NCBI GenBank assembly: GCA_902537275.1
Contig: CACBAW010000001.1
Location: 18,313 to 82,312 of the forward strand
Length of the DNA: 64,000 nucleotides
Direction: 5' to 3'
DNA from: an uncultured Synechococcaceae cyanobacterium
Lineage (GTDB): Bacteria; Cyanobacteriota; Cyanobacteriia; PCC-6307; Cyanobiaceae
This document shows positions 45,344-53,312 of this stretch, piece by piece; position 1 is the first letter of the stretch; each line of letters opens with the position of its first letter. The position numbers and the translations under genes are program-made. The notes below the pieces were generated by a model. That model saw only the letters and a list, made by a program, of their open reading frames with translations. It was not told the origin of the DNA and did no database searches.

Positions 45344-45562
45344 TTAGTTATTTTCTAAATATTCAATAATTTCTTCCTGTAGTTCTTCCATCGTTTCATT
45401 ATCACCCAGATCAAGTCCCTCACCCGCGGCATCCTGTGTTAACTCAAGATAATATGAAGCACCATCACTAGATAAAAATTCTAATGCGGAAGTTTCATCA
45501 CTATCTTTAAAAGCTTCATAAAGAGCTTTAAATACAATGTTTTCAGTAAAGTCCCAATCCAT
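45344..45562 (-). CDS. small, highly acidic hypothetical protein
   Basis: 72-aa ORF, 21 D/E vs 2 K and no R. Confidence 0.75.
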   Translation of the reverse strand: MDWDFTENIVFKALYEAFKDSDETSALEFLSSDGASYYLELTQDAAGEGLDLGDNETMEELQEEIIEYLENN

Positions 45563-45660
45563 AATGAAAAAAACCTTATTAGAATTATTACCTCCTTACC
45601 CCCCATACTCGTCAACCTTTTTTAAAGAAATGTTGGTGTTTTATTATTATTTAAAAAACT

Positions 45661-46044
45661 ATGACCATAAACAATCAAAATCAGTTAAATGTCCTTGGAG
45701 AAGAAATTGAGATTTGTAGTTGCGCACCTATGACAGGGTGGTTCAGGGATGGATTTTGCAACTATGACAAAAATGATGGAGGGAATCATTCCATATGTTG
45801 TGTAATGGATGATAATTTCCTGAAATATAGTAAATCACAAGGTAATGATTTAATAACTCCCATGCCTATTTATTCTTTCCCAGGACTAAAGGATGGTGAT
45901 CATTGGTGTATTTGTCTTGATAGGTGGAAGCAAGCATTATTAGACGGTCTTGCACCAAAAATCATATTAGAATCAACTAATATTGTAGTCTTAGAATCAG
46001 TATCTCTGGAAAAATTGAAAGAATATCAATTTAATAAAAAGTAA
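45661..46044 (+). CDS. DUF2237 family protein
   Basis: NVLG...PMTGWFRDGFC, GNDL.TP, GDHWCIC..RW. Confidence 0.9.
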   Translation: MTINNQNQLNVLGEEIEICSCAPMTGWFRDGFCNYDKNDGGNHSICCVMDDNFLKYSKSQGNDLITPMPIYSFPGLKDGDHWCICLDRWKQALLDGLAPKIILESTNIVVLESVSLEKLKEYQFNKK

Positions 46045-46092
46045 TTACAAGTTTATATTTTTTTTTAAAATGATAATGATAAATTTTTTTAA

Positions 46093-46923
46093 ATGAGTTT
46101 AGAAATATATTGGAAAAAAGCACTAGAACAAACTCAATTATCAATTGATGATGAATCATTATATCCTCTCAAAACTGATATTATTACAAGAGATTTATAT
46201 GAAAAAGACGACTTCATAATTAGGAAACTCGATACTTCAAAATTTAATAAAAAAAAAATTTATGGTCCTAAGCAAAATCCATTTTGTCCTTGGGAAAAGA
46301 TACTAGAAATTGATAAAATTGGTGATAATCATCAACTAATATTAAATAAGTACCCTGTACAAAAAGGTCATATTTTACTTATTACAAATGAATGGAAACC
46401 TCAAAATGGATGGTTAGATATTAAAGATTGGAGAGCGATCCAACAAGTTAATAAAGATACTAGTGGATTATGGTTTTTCAATAGTTCTCCAATTGCGGGA
46501 GCGAGTCAACCTCACAGGCATTTTCAACTTCTGCGTAGATCTAAAGGTGAGATATCATGCCCTAGAGAAAAGTGGTTTTTAGAGATGAACTCATATCAAG
46601 ATATAGATAGTAAGCTTAAAAAAAATATTGTTGTATCCAAATTTAATTTTTTAGAAAATCCATCATGTCTTTTTGAATTTTACTTGGAATTATGCAAGAA
46701 ATTAGGACTTGGGAACCCTATTAGTGATAAGAAACCGATATACCCTTACAATATTTTAATAACTAATAAATGGATCGCTATTATAAAAAGAAAAAATGAT
46801 CATATCCATGGTTTCAGTATTAACGGTTTAGGATTTGCAGGATACTTATTAGTAACTGAAAATTCAAATATTAATTATTTAAAGAAATTAGGCCCTGAAA
46901 AACTTCTAGAAAATTTTGTTTGA
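46093..46923 (+). CDS. ATP adenylyltransferase / Ap4A phosphorylase (Apa2-like)
   Basis: NPF.PWE, LNKYPV..GH.LLIT, GASQPHRHFQ. Confidence 0.9.
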   Translation: MSLEIYWKKALEQTQLSIDDESLYPLKTDIITRDLYEKDDFIIRKLDTSKFNKKKIYGPKQNPFCPWEKILEIDKIGDNHQLILNKYPVQKGHILLITNEWKPQNGWLDIKDWRAIQQVNKDTSGLWFFNSSPIAGASQPHRHFQLLRRSKGEISCPREKWFLEMNSYQDIDSKLKKNIVVSKFNFLENPSCLFEFYLELCKKLGLGNPISDKKPIYPYNILITNKWIAIIKRKNDHIHGFSINGLGFAGYLLVTENSNINYLKKLGPEKLLENFV

Positions 46924-46926
46924 ATA

Positions 46927-47106
46927 CTAATTAGTTACTTCAACTTCTTTATCCCTGGTTATTTGACTTTCTAGAACTTCAATAGATGCTTTTACTGAGG
47001 CAATTTTACGTTCAAGTGAATCCTTAATGTAATTGAGCATTTCTAATTTCTTAAGTTGATAATAACTCTTTTTTTCTTTAGATGACTTGAAATAACAATT
47101 AAACAT
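46927..47106 (-). CDS. small coiled-coil hypothetical protein, 59 aa
   Basis: Hand-translated: MFNCYFKSSKEKKSYYQLKKLEMLNYIKDSLERKIASVKASIEVLESQITRDKEVEVTN; fills the gap; heptad pattern. Confidence 0.7.
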   Translation of the reverse strand: MFNCYFKSSKEKKSYYQLKKLEMLNYIKDSLERKIASVKASIEVLESQITRDKEVEVTN

Positions 47107-47250
47107 TTTTTATTCTTATTATAAAAAGACACTTAATTGACTTGTGACATAAAAATAAATTGGTTTTAATTTAAAAACAATATTTCGTATGGACTTTCAA
47201 TTTTTTTTGAATAAAATTAAATAAATTCCATCCTATTCAAGAAAATATTA

Positions 47251-48261
47251 TTGAATATTCCTGAAAATTCAAATACAAAAAGAATTTCAATTGATTTACC
47301 TGAGGAACTAATTTCCAAGTTTGATCAATTACGAAAAGAGTGGGGATTTAGAGCAAGAGGGCCTGTAATAGAAAAGATACTTAAAGAACTTCTTCAAGAA
47401 GATGATTTACTACCTAAGAACCAACAGCAAGAAATAGACTTTAACGAGAATAATAATAAAAAAAATTTAAATATTGATGAAGATAGTGCATTGGTATTAA
47501 TTAAATCAGACGTAAAAAAAGAAGTTAATGAGATATCCTTGAATAAAAGATTTAAAAATAAAAATCAATCTAAAGAAAAAGCCAACTTAAACATAAGCCT
47601 TCCCAATTTTGTTGAAAATAAAGTAAGGAATCTAAGAAGAAGTATTAATTGTGAAAAATTAAAGGAGAATATTAATGATATTCAAATTAATACAATTAAA
47701 GAAACTGAATTAATAAAATGTCGAATTGAGTTAATTAGTCATTGGAAAACCTTATATGGATCAGTTCCAAATGACCATGTAGTAGAAGCTTCGATGGATT
47801 GGTTTGAAAGGGATATATGGCCAAATCTTGATGGGACTGAAAATCTACCCTTTACGTGGAGTGCAGCCAATAAATTAATGTCAGATTTATGCCCATTTTG
47901 GATAAAGAAAAATCCATCCCTTGAAATTGTTTTATTAATGATTGGCGTTTTAGAAGACCCTTTTGCTACATCAGACCTGATAAATAGAGTACCAACACTT
48001 ATGAGAAGGTTTATAAGTAGATTTAAGCGAAATAATAGATCAAATTCATTTGAAACTTTGGACTCAACAATGACAGTACATAGAGCACTTAAATTATTGA
48101 ATTTATCAACATCTGCAGGATCCGCTCATACGTTCCGTAAAATTAGGGAGGCCTATAAATCAATAGCCTTAGAGACGCATCCAGATGCTGGAGGATCAAC
48201 AGATCAAATGAGAAAATTAAATGATGCATATCAATTGCTAAAAAATCTATATAGAAAGTAG
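47251..48261 (+). CDS. N-terminal ribbon-helix-helix / C-terminal J-domain protein
   Basis: KRISIDLPEELISKFDQLRKEWG..RGPVIEKILKELL (CopG/NikR-like); C-terminal IREAYK..ALETHPDAGGS..MRKLNDAYQLL. Confidence 0.85.
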   Translation: MNIPENSNTKRISIDLPEELISKFDQLRKEWGFRARGPVIEKILKELLQEDDLLPKNQQQEIDFNENNNKKNLNIDEDSALVLIKSDVKKEVNEISLNKRFKNKNQSKEKANLNISLPNFVENKVRNLRRSINCEKLKENINDIQINTIKETELIKCRIELISHWKTLYGSVPNDHVVEASMDWFERDIWPNLDGTENLPFTWSAANKLMSDLCPFWIKKNPSLEIVLLMIGVLEDPFATSDLINRVPTLMRRFISRFKRNNRSNSFETLDSTMTVHRALKLLNLSTSAGSAHTFRKIREAYKSIALETHPDAGGSTDQMRKLNDAYQLLKNLYRK

Positions 48262-48270
48262 TATACTAAT

Positions 48271-48318
48271 TCTCATATAAGACTATTTTTAAGTCTATTT
48301 TTAGTCTCATATAAGATA
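48271..48318 (+). repeat. composite ~48-bp element, copy 1
   Basis: TCT-CATATA-AGACT-ATTTTTA-AGTCT-ATTTTT-AGTCT-CATATA-AGATA. Confidence 0.85.
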
Positions 48319-48445
48319 GCCGCTAATTTAAAAATTTCTAATTTTTGTCAATTATTATTTTTCAAATGTATAGAAGCAATAATTATGTATAAATGAAATA
48401 AAAATAGAATATACTTTCAAATAAAAAAATTTCTTGTATAGTATT

Positions 48446-48494
48446 TCTTATATGAGACTTACTATAAGTCTATTATATAGTCTTAAAATAGATA
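48446..48494 (+). repeat. composite ~48-bp element, copy 2 (direct)
   Basis: TCT-TATATG-AGACT-TACTATA-AGTCT-ATTATAT-AGTCT-TAAAAT-AGATA. Confidence 0.85.
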
Positions 48495-48658
48495 TGTAAG
48501 ATAAATCAATTTATCAATTTGGATGATTCATACCCAAACTGTTTATTAACTGGGAAAATTAAAAATTGAATAATAAATCAAAAAATTATGTCCTTTCAAT
48601 GTCCAAGAAATTGATAAAGCTTAAAAAGTCTTGGTATCACAGGTTTATATGTTTTCCC

Positions 48659-48679
48659 GTACTGCCTTAAAGACAGTAC
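48659..48679 (-). terminator. 3' hairpin right after the 86-aa gene (no U-tract)
   Basis: Minus strand GTACTGTCT-TTA-AGGCAGTAC, 9-bp stem with one G-U pair. Confidence 0.4.
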
Positions 48680-48939
48680 TACTTGGATTGAAGCTTTTCA
48701 ATGGCAGTTTGCTTATCAATACTAGGGACATCACTTAATCCATTAGCATCAAACCAAGGTGCGCTAGCCCAATCGAAACCTTCGCCAAAAGTATTATCTG
48801 GTGCAGTTATATACCAGTGACATGATGCATCTGGTATGTCAACAGCACATTTTGACCAATCATCTGACCACTGAGGTACTTGAACCCACAGCACTGAAGA
48901 TAGAAGTAGAGATAGTAGATTAATCATGGACTTTATCAT
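48679..48939 (-). CDS. small Trp/Cys/Asp-rich hypothetical protein, probably exported
   Basis: Hydrophobic N-terminus then WVQVPQWSDDWSKCAVDIPDASCHWY..PDNTFGEGFDW. Confidence 0.8.
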   Translation of the reverse strand: MIKSMINLLSLLLSSVLWVQVPQWSDDWSKCAVDIPDASCHWYITAPDNTFGEGFDWASAPWFDANGLSDVPSIDKQTAIEKLQSK

Positions 48940-48971
48940 ACAACATTTATTACTTTTATAGGATTATTATT

Positions 48972-49020
48972 TATCTTATATAAGAATCATAAATAGACTT
49001 ATTTATAGTCTTATATGGGA
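48972..49020 (-). repeat. composite ~48-bp element, copy 3 (inverted)
   Basis: Reverse complement TCC-CATATA-AGACT-ATAAATA-AGTCT-ATTTATG-ATTCT-TATATA-AGATA. Confidence 0.85.
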
Positions 49021-49032
49021 TTGGCAATACAT

Positions 49033-51477
49033 TTAATTCCTCAATTTAGTGTTAAAACATTTTTCAACATTAGAAATGATATTTGAATGTATTGATGTAA
49101 TGTCAGAGTCCAATAATGTTTTATCTTTATCTCTATAAGATAATCTAAATGTATAACTTATATGATCATCTCCAAATTTAGTATCTTCAAAAACATCAAG
49201 TAAATTTACATCCTCTAAGAGATTTTTTCCTGTTTTTCTTATTTGTGATGTTATTTCGCTAATTAAAAATTTCTTACTGAAAACAAAATTTATATCCCTT
49301 TCCATTTTCGGAACAATTGGATATTGCTTATATATTGGAATCCATTTATTTTTTCTTGTACTAGCTACCAAAAGGTTAGAAACATTTATTTTAAATAAAT
49401 AAACTTTTTTTAATGACTTCTTTTCTAATATTAGTTTGGGATGTATTTCACCAAAATAACCTGCATCTTTCCCTTCAATAACTAATTTCGCTGTTCTCCC
49501 TGGATGAAGGAAATCAATTGAATCAGTAGGTTTATCTTCAATTTTTATGTTCAAAGATGATAAAGCCTCCTTTAACTTTCCTCTGGCCTGGTAATAATTA
49601 AGATCGTTATCCTTACCCGAATTTATCCATTTTCCAAATTTTCTATTTCCATAAATCGCTCCATTCAGAACTTCTTCTTGAATGAACTCAGTTTTCTTTT
49701 GAAAAACATTTCCAATTTCAAATATATAACAACTTGCTTGCCCAGCTTTTATATTACGGTTCACTATTTCCAAATGTTCTTGCCAGATATTATCTCTAAG
49801 ACAACTTGTTTCTAATAATAAAGGATTAGAAATCTTAATAAGTTTTTCATTATCTTCAGGAACAAGAGAGTAGCTTAATACCTCGGTAAAACCATTTTCT
49901 ATAAAACCATTTTTTACTTTTCTCAATGCCAACTGTTCTGATGATAATTTTCCAGGCTTAACTGGATTAGGAAGGTTTAAGTCGAATCTGTCATACCCTA
50001 TTAATCTCGCTATTTCTTCGATTAAGTCGATTTCTCTTATTAAATCATGTGATCTATTAGGAATTACTGCTACATCCCAGCCATATTCTTTATTCTTTAA
50101 AGTACAACCTATAAGTGTTAATTTATCAACTATTTCATTATCAGATAAATTTCTTTTATCAAATTGATCGTTAATTATTAATGGACCAAGAATTTTATGT
50201 ATTCGATTTCTCCTTAGTTTAATAAATATATCCTCATTGCTTATTAAATTGGAAGTATTGATGATTGGTGAATTAATAGAAAAATATTCTTCTAAAAGAT
50301 TAATTGCCCTTGTTACTGCGCTTATTGTATTTTTTGATGAAATCCCTTTTTCAAACCTGCTGCAAGATTCCGTTCTTATGCCAACAGACTTTGAAGATTT
50401 TCTTATAGTAACTGGGTTAAAAACAGCGCCTTCAAGGTAAATAGATGTGGTAGTGTTAGTTACAGAAGTCTCTAAACCGCCTATCACCCCAGCAATAGCT
50501 ACCGGTTTATCACAACAAGTAATAACTGTGATATTGTCATTTAATACATATTTTTTACCATCTAAGCAAATAAGGCTTTCGTTATCTTTGCCTTTTCTTA
50601 CAGAGAAATCTTCTGGAGAAACTTCCTTACCAATTAAGTTTGATAGTTTATCTTTATCAAACGCATGCAAAGGTTGACCTTGTTCTAAAAGAATATAATT
50701 TGTCAGATCAACTAGAAGATTAATAGATTTTATACCTGATTTTTCTATACGGTCTTTAAGCCAAATTGGCGATAATTTCTTTCCATTTACTCCATCAATG
50801 CAGCTTATTGTATAAATGCAATTAGATTCTATAGCCTCTGGACAAAGTTTAATTCCCTTAAGTAAATGAATATTGTATTTATGGTTTAATTCTGGAAAAT
50901 TTAAGTTGGATTCTAAAAGAGCAGAAATTTCACGGGCTATACCCATAACAGACATTCCATCAGGTCTATTAGCTGTAATGGCTAAATCATATATAAAATC
51001 ATTTAATTGAAGCAAGTGAGACCCTGGAGTGCCCAATTCATGTTTTAGGGCCAAATCTTCATCAATGATCTCTATCCCTTCGCTAGAGTCCTCTAAACCC
51101 AGTTCCTGCAGTGAGCATATCATTCCTTCACTCATGACACCTCTAATTTCACTTCTTTTAATAAATAAATCAACTGCATTTAATTTCGCGCCGACAGTAG
51201 CAACATAAACATAAATATTTGGTTTAATATTGCGCGCACCACAGATAATTTGTAAAATCTTAGAATTACCAATATCGACTTGGCAAATTGAAAGTTTGTC
51301 AGATCCTTCGTGTTTTAAAACAGATAATACCTTTCCTAAAACAACACCATTTACATTTTTTGAACAATCTTCTAATGATTCAACCTCAAATCCACCAATA
51401 GATAATTTCTCAGAGAGATCTTCAGGAGTAGAAGTAATTTCAACTAAATTTTTCAACCAATTTTGAGAAACTTTCAT
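49033..51477 (-). CDS. pheT: phenylalanine--tRNA ligase beta subunit
   Basis: MKVSQNWLK, ITANRPDGMS, DLIREIDLIEEIARLIGY, FGEIHP. Confidence 0.97.
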   Translation of the reverse strand: MKVSQNWLKNLVEITSTPEDLSEKLSIGGFEVESLEDCSKNVNGVVLGKVLSVLKHEGSDKLSICQVDIGNSKILQIICGARNIKPNIYVYVATVGAKLNAVDLFIKRSEIRGVMSEGMICSLQELGLEDSSEGIEIIDEDLALKHELGTPGSHLLQLNDFIYDLAITANRPDGMSVMGIAREISALLESNLNFPELNHKYNIHLLKGIKLCPEAIESNCIYTISCIDGVNGKKLSPIWLKDRIEKSGIKSINLLVDLTNYILLEQGQPLHAFDKDKLSNLIGKEVSPEDFSVRKGKDNESLICLDGKKYVLNDNITVITCCDKPVAIAGVIGGLETSVTNTTTSIYLEGAVFNPVTIRKSSKSVGIRTESCSRFEKGISSKNTISAVTRAINLLEEYFSINSPIINTSNLISNEDIFIKLRRNRIHKILGPLIINDQFDKRNLSDNEIVDKLTLIGCTLKNKEYGWDVAVIPNRSHDLIREIDLIEEIARLIGYDRFDLNLPNPVKPGKLSSEQLALRKVKNGFIENGFTEVLSYSLVPEDNEKLIKISNPLLLETSCLRDNIWQEHLEIVNRNIKAGQASCYIFEIGNVFQKKTEFIQEEVLNGAIYGNRKFGKWINSGKDNDLNYYQARGKLKEALSSLNIKIEDKPTDSIDFLHPGRTAKLVIEGKDAGYFGEIHPKLILEKKSLKKVYLFKINVSNLLVASTRKNKWIPIYKQYPIVPKMERDINFVFSKKFLISEITSQIRKTGKNLLEDVNLLDVFEDTKFGDDHISYTFRLSYRDKDKTLLDSDITSIHSNIISNVEKCFNTKLRN

Positions 51478-51578
51478 ATATATTTTTGAATCAATGATAA
51501 TAAAAGAAATGAGTATATCTTCAAAAAAGTTTGATGAAGATGTACAATAGAAAATTATACAATAAAGTATTAATTAAA

Positions 51579-51773
51579 ATGGCCAAAAAAGGGACAAGAG
51601 TTGTAGTGACCCTGGAATGTACTGAAGCTAGGACAAGCACAGATCCTAAGAGATCAAATGGTGTCTCAAGATATACCACTGAAAAGAATCGTAGAAATAC
51701 AACTGAAAGATTAGAACTAAAAAAGTTTAATCCTCATTTAAACAGAATGACAATTCACAAAGAAATAAAGTAA
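51579..51773 (+). CDS. rpmG: 50S ribosomal protein L33
   Basis: [16 protein letters not shown]...[19 protein letters not shown]; ATG at 51579. Confidence 0.96.
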   Translation: MAKKGTRVVVTLECTEARTSTDPKRSNGVSRYTTEKNRRNTTERLELKKFNPHLNRMTIHKEIK

Positions 51774-51790
51774 TCAAATCAAATTAAATC

Positions 51791-52012
51791 ATGCCTAATT
51801 CAATTTTTAAAAAACAATTATCACCTATAAAACCTGGAGATCCTATTGACTATAAGGATGTAGAACTACTAAAAAAATTCATAACTGAGAGGGGCAAAAT
51901 CCTACCAAGAAGAATGACAGGTTTAACCTCTAAGCAACAAAGAGATCTTACATTAGCTGTAAAGAGAGCAAGAATTGTAGCTCTTTTACCCTTCGTAAAT
52001 CCTGAAGGATAA
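51791..52012 (+). CDS. rpsR: 30S ribosomal protein S18
   Basis: [25 protein letters not shown]. Confidence 0.97.
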   Translation: MPNSIFKKQLSPIKPGDPIDYKDVELLKKFITERGKILPRRMTGLTSKQQRDLTLAVKRARIVALLPFVNPEG

Positions 52013-52058
52013 TTTCATATTGAATATAGTTTGGCACTATAATTGATATCTAAAATAT

Positions 52059-53243
52059 TTGAAAGATTTAACTAATTTAAAAACATATATAATTGACTCT
52101 GATGATCCACATGAGGTTGATGACGCTATTTCATTAGAAATAAAAGAAGGTAATAAAAAAAATTTATGGATACATATCAGTAATCCATGCAAACTCTTTT
52201 TGCATGACTCTAATGTTGATTTAAGTGCAAGAAAGAGAAATAGCAGTTTATATTTAACTGATCAATATGTCCCAATGCTACCTAAAGATATTCTTGAAAA
52301 GGCAAATCTAGCTCAAAATAAAGTTTCAGAAACTATTAGTGCAGCAATAGAATTCAATGACGATGGATCAATAAATAAGTATGAAATAACTGAAGCAATA
52401 GTAAAACCAAAATATCAATTAACATATGAAGATGCAAACGAAATATTAGAAATACAACCAAAAGAAGAAATAGAATTAATTGAGATTAAAAATTTATTAG
52501 AAAAAAGTATTACATTCAGAAAGAAACAAGGAGCAATTAATTTTGAAAGTCCTAATAGTAAAATTAAACTATATGAGGATAAGATTATACTAACTAAATT
52601 AGAGAAAACAATATCACAAATTATAGTTGCAGAATCAATGATATTAATGGGTTATGTAACAAGTTTATTTATTAATAAATATAATTTAGCGGCTGCATTT
52701 AGGATTCAAAAAATAAACTGCAATCCATCTGAAATACTTAATAGATACAATGATAGTGATATTAAATTTATAATATTAAAACAATATATGGGAAGAAGTT
52801 ACATAACTACTAAGCCAGGAATCCACGAATCATTAGGCCTTAGAATGTATGTACAATGTACATCACCATTAAGAAGATATCTTGATTTAATTATACAAAG
52901 GCAAGTCTACAATAAAATTAATAATTACGAAGTTCTAAGTAAAGATTCAGTATCTAAGATTATTGATTATTCGAAGAATAGACAATCAGAGAATAATAAT
53001 ATATATAAAAATGATAAATTTAAGTATTTAACTTTATTTTTTAAGAATGAAAATAAACCCTTTTATAAAATAATATTCGTCAAGTGGATTAATCATAAAA
53101 AAAATATTGCTTTGGTTTATTTTCCAGATTATTCTCTAGAAATACTTATTACTCTTTTTGTATCAATAGAAATATATAGTAATAAAATATATAAAGTTAA
53201 ATTTATTATAAATGATAGTAATCTTTTAGAGTTTATTTATTAA
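52059..53243 (+). CDS. RNB-domain ribonuclease (RNase II/R family, short form)
   Basis: IDSDDPHEVDDAIS, H..LGL..Y...TSPLRRYLDL. Confidence 0.9.
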   Translation: MKDLTNLKTYIIDSDDPHEVDDAISLEIKEGNKKNLWIHISNPCKLFLHDSNVDLSARKRNSSLYLTDQYVPMLPKDILEKANLAQNKVSETISAAIEFNDDGSINKYEITEAIVKPKYQLTYEDANEILEIQPKEEIELIEIKNLLEKSITFRKKQGAINFESPNSKIKLYEDKIILTKLEKTISQIIVAESMILMGYVTSLFINKYNLAAAFRIQKINCNPSEILNRYNDSDIKFIILKQYMGRSYITTKPGIHESLGLRMYVQCTSPLRRYLDLIIQRQVYNKINNYEVLSKDSVSKIIDYSKNRQSENNNIYKNDKFKYLTLFFKNENKPFYKIIFVKWINHKKNIALVYFPDYSLEILITLFVSIEIYSNKIYKVKFIINDSNLLEFIY

Positions 53244-53312
53244 TAGAATAATTAATATAATTAGGTTGTTATTAGTTTAAAAAATATCTGTTAGTATTAA
53301 TAAAAAAGCTTT

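Noticed and set aside
48271-49020. CRISPR array interpretation of the 48-bp repeats
   Set aside because: Only three degenerate copies, irregular spacing, one inverted, and no cas genes in the window
51531-51578. N-terminal extension of L33 in the ORF track
   Set aside because: The canonical MAKKG start is at 51579; the extension is promoter/leader sequence
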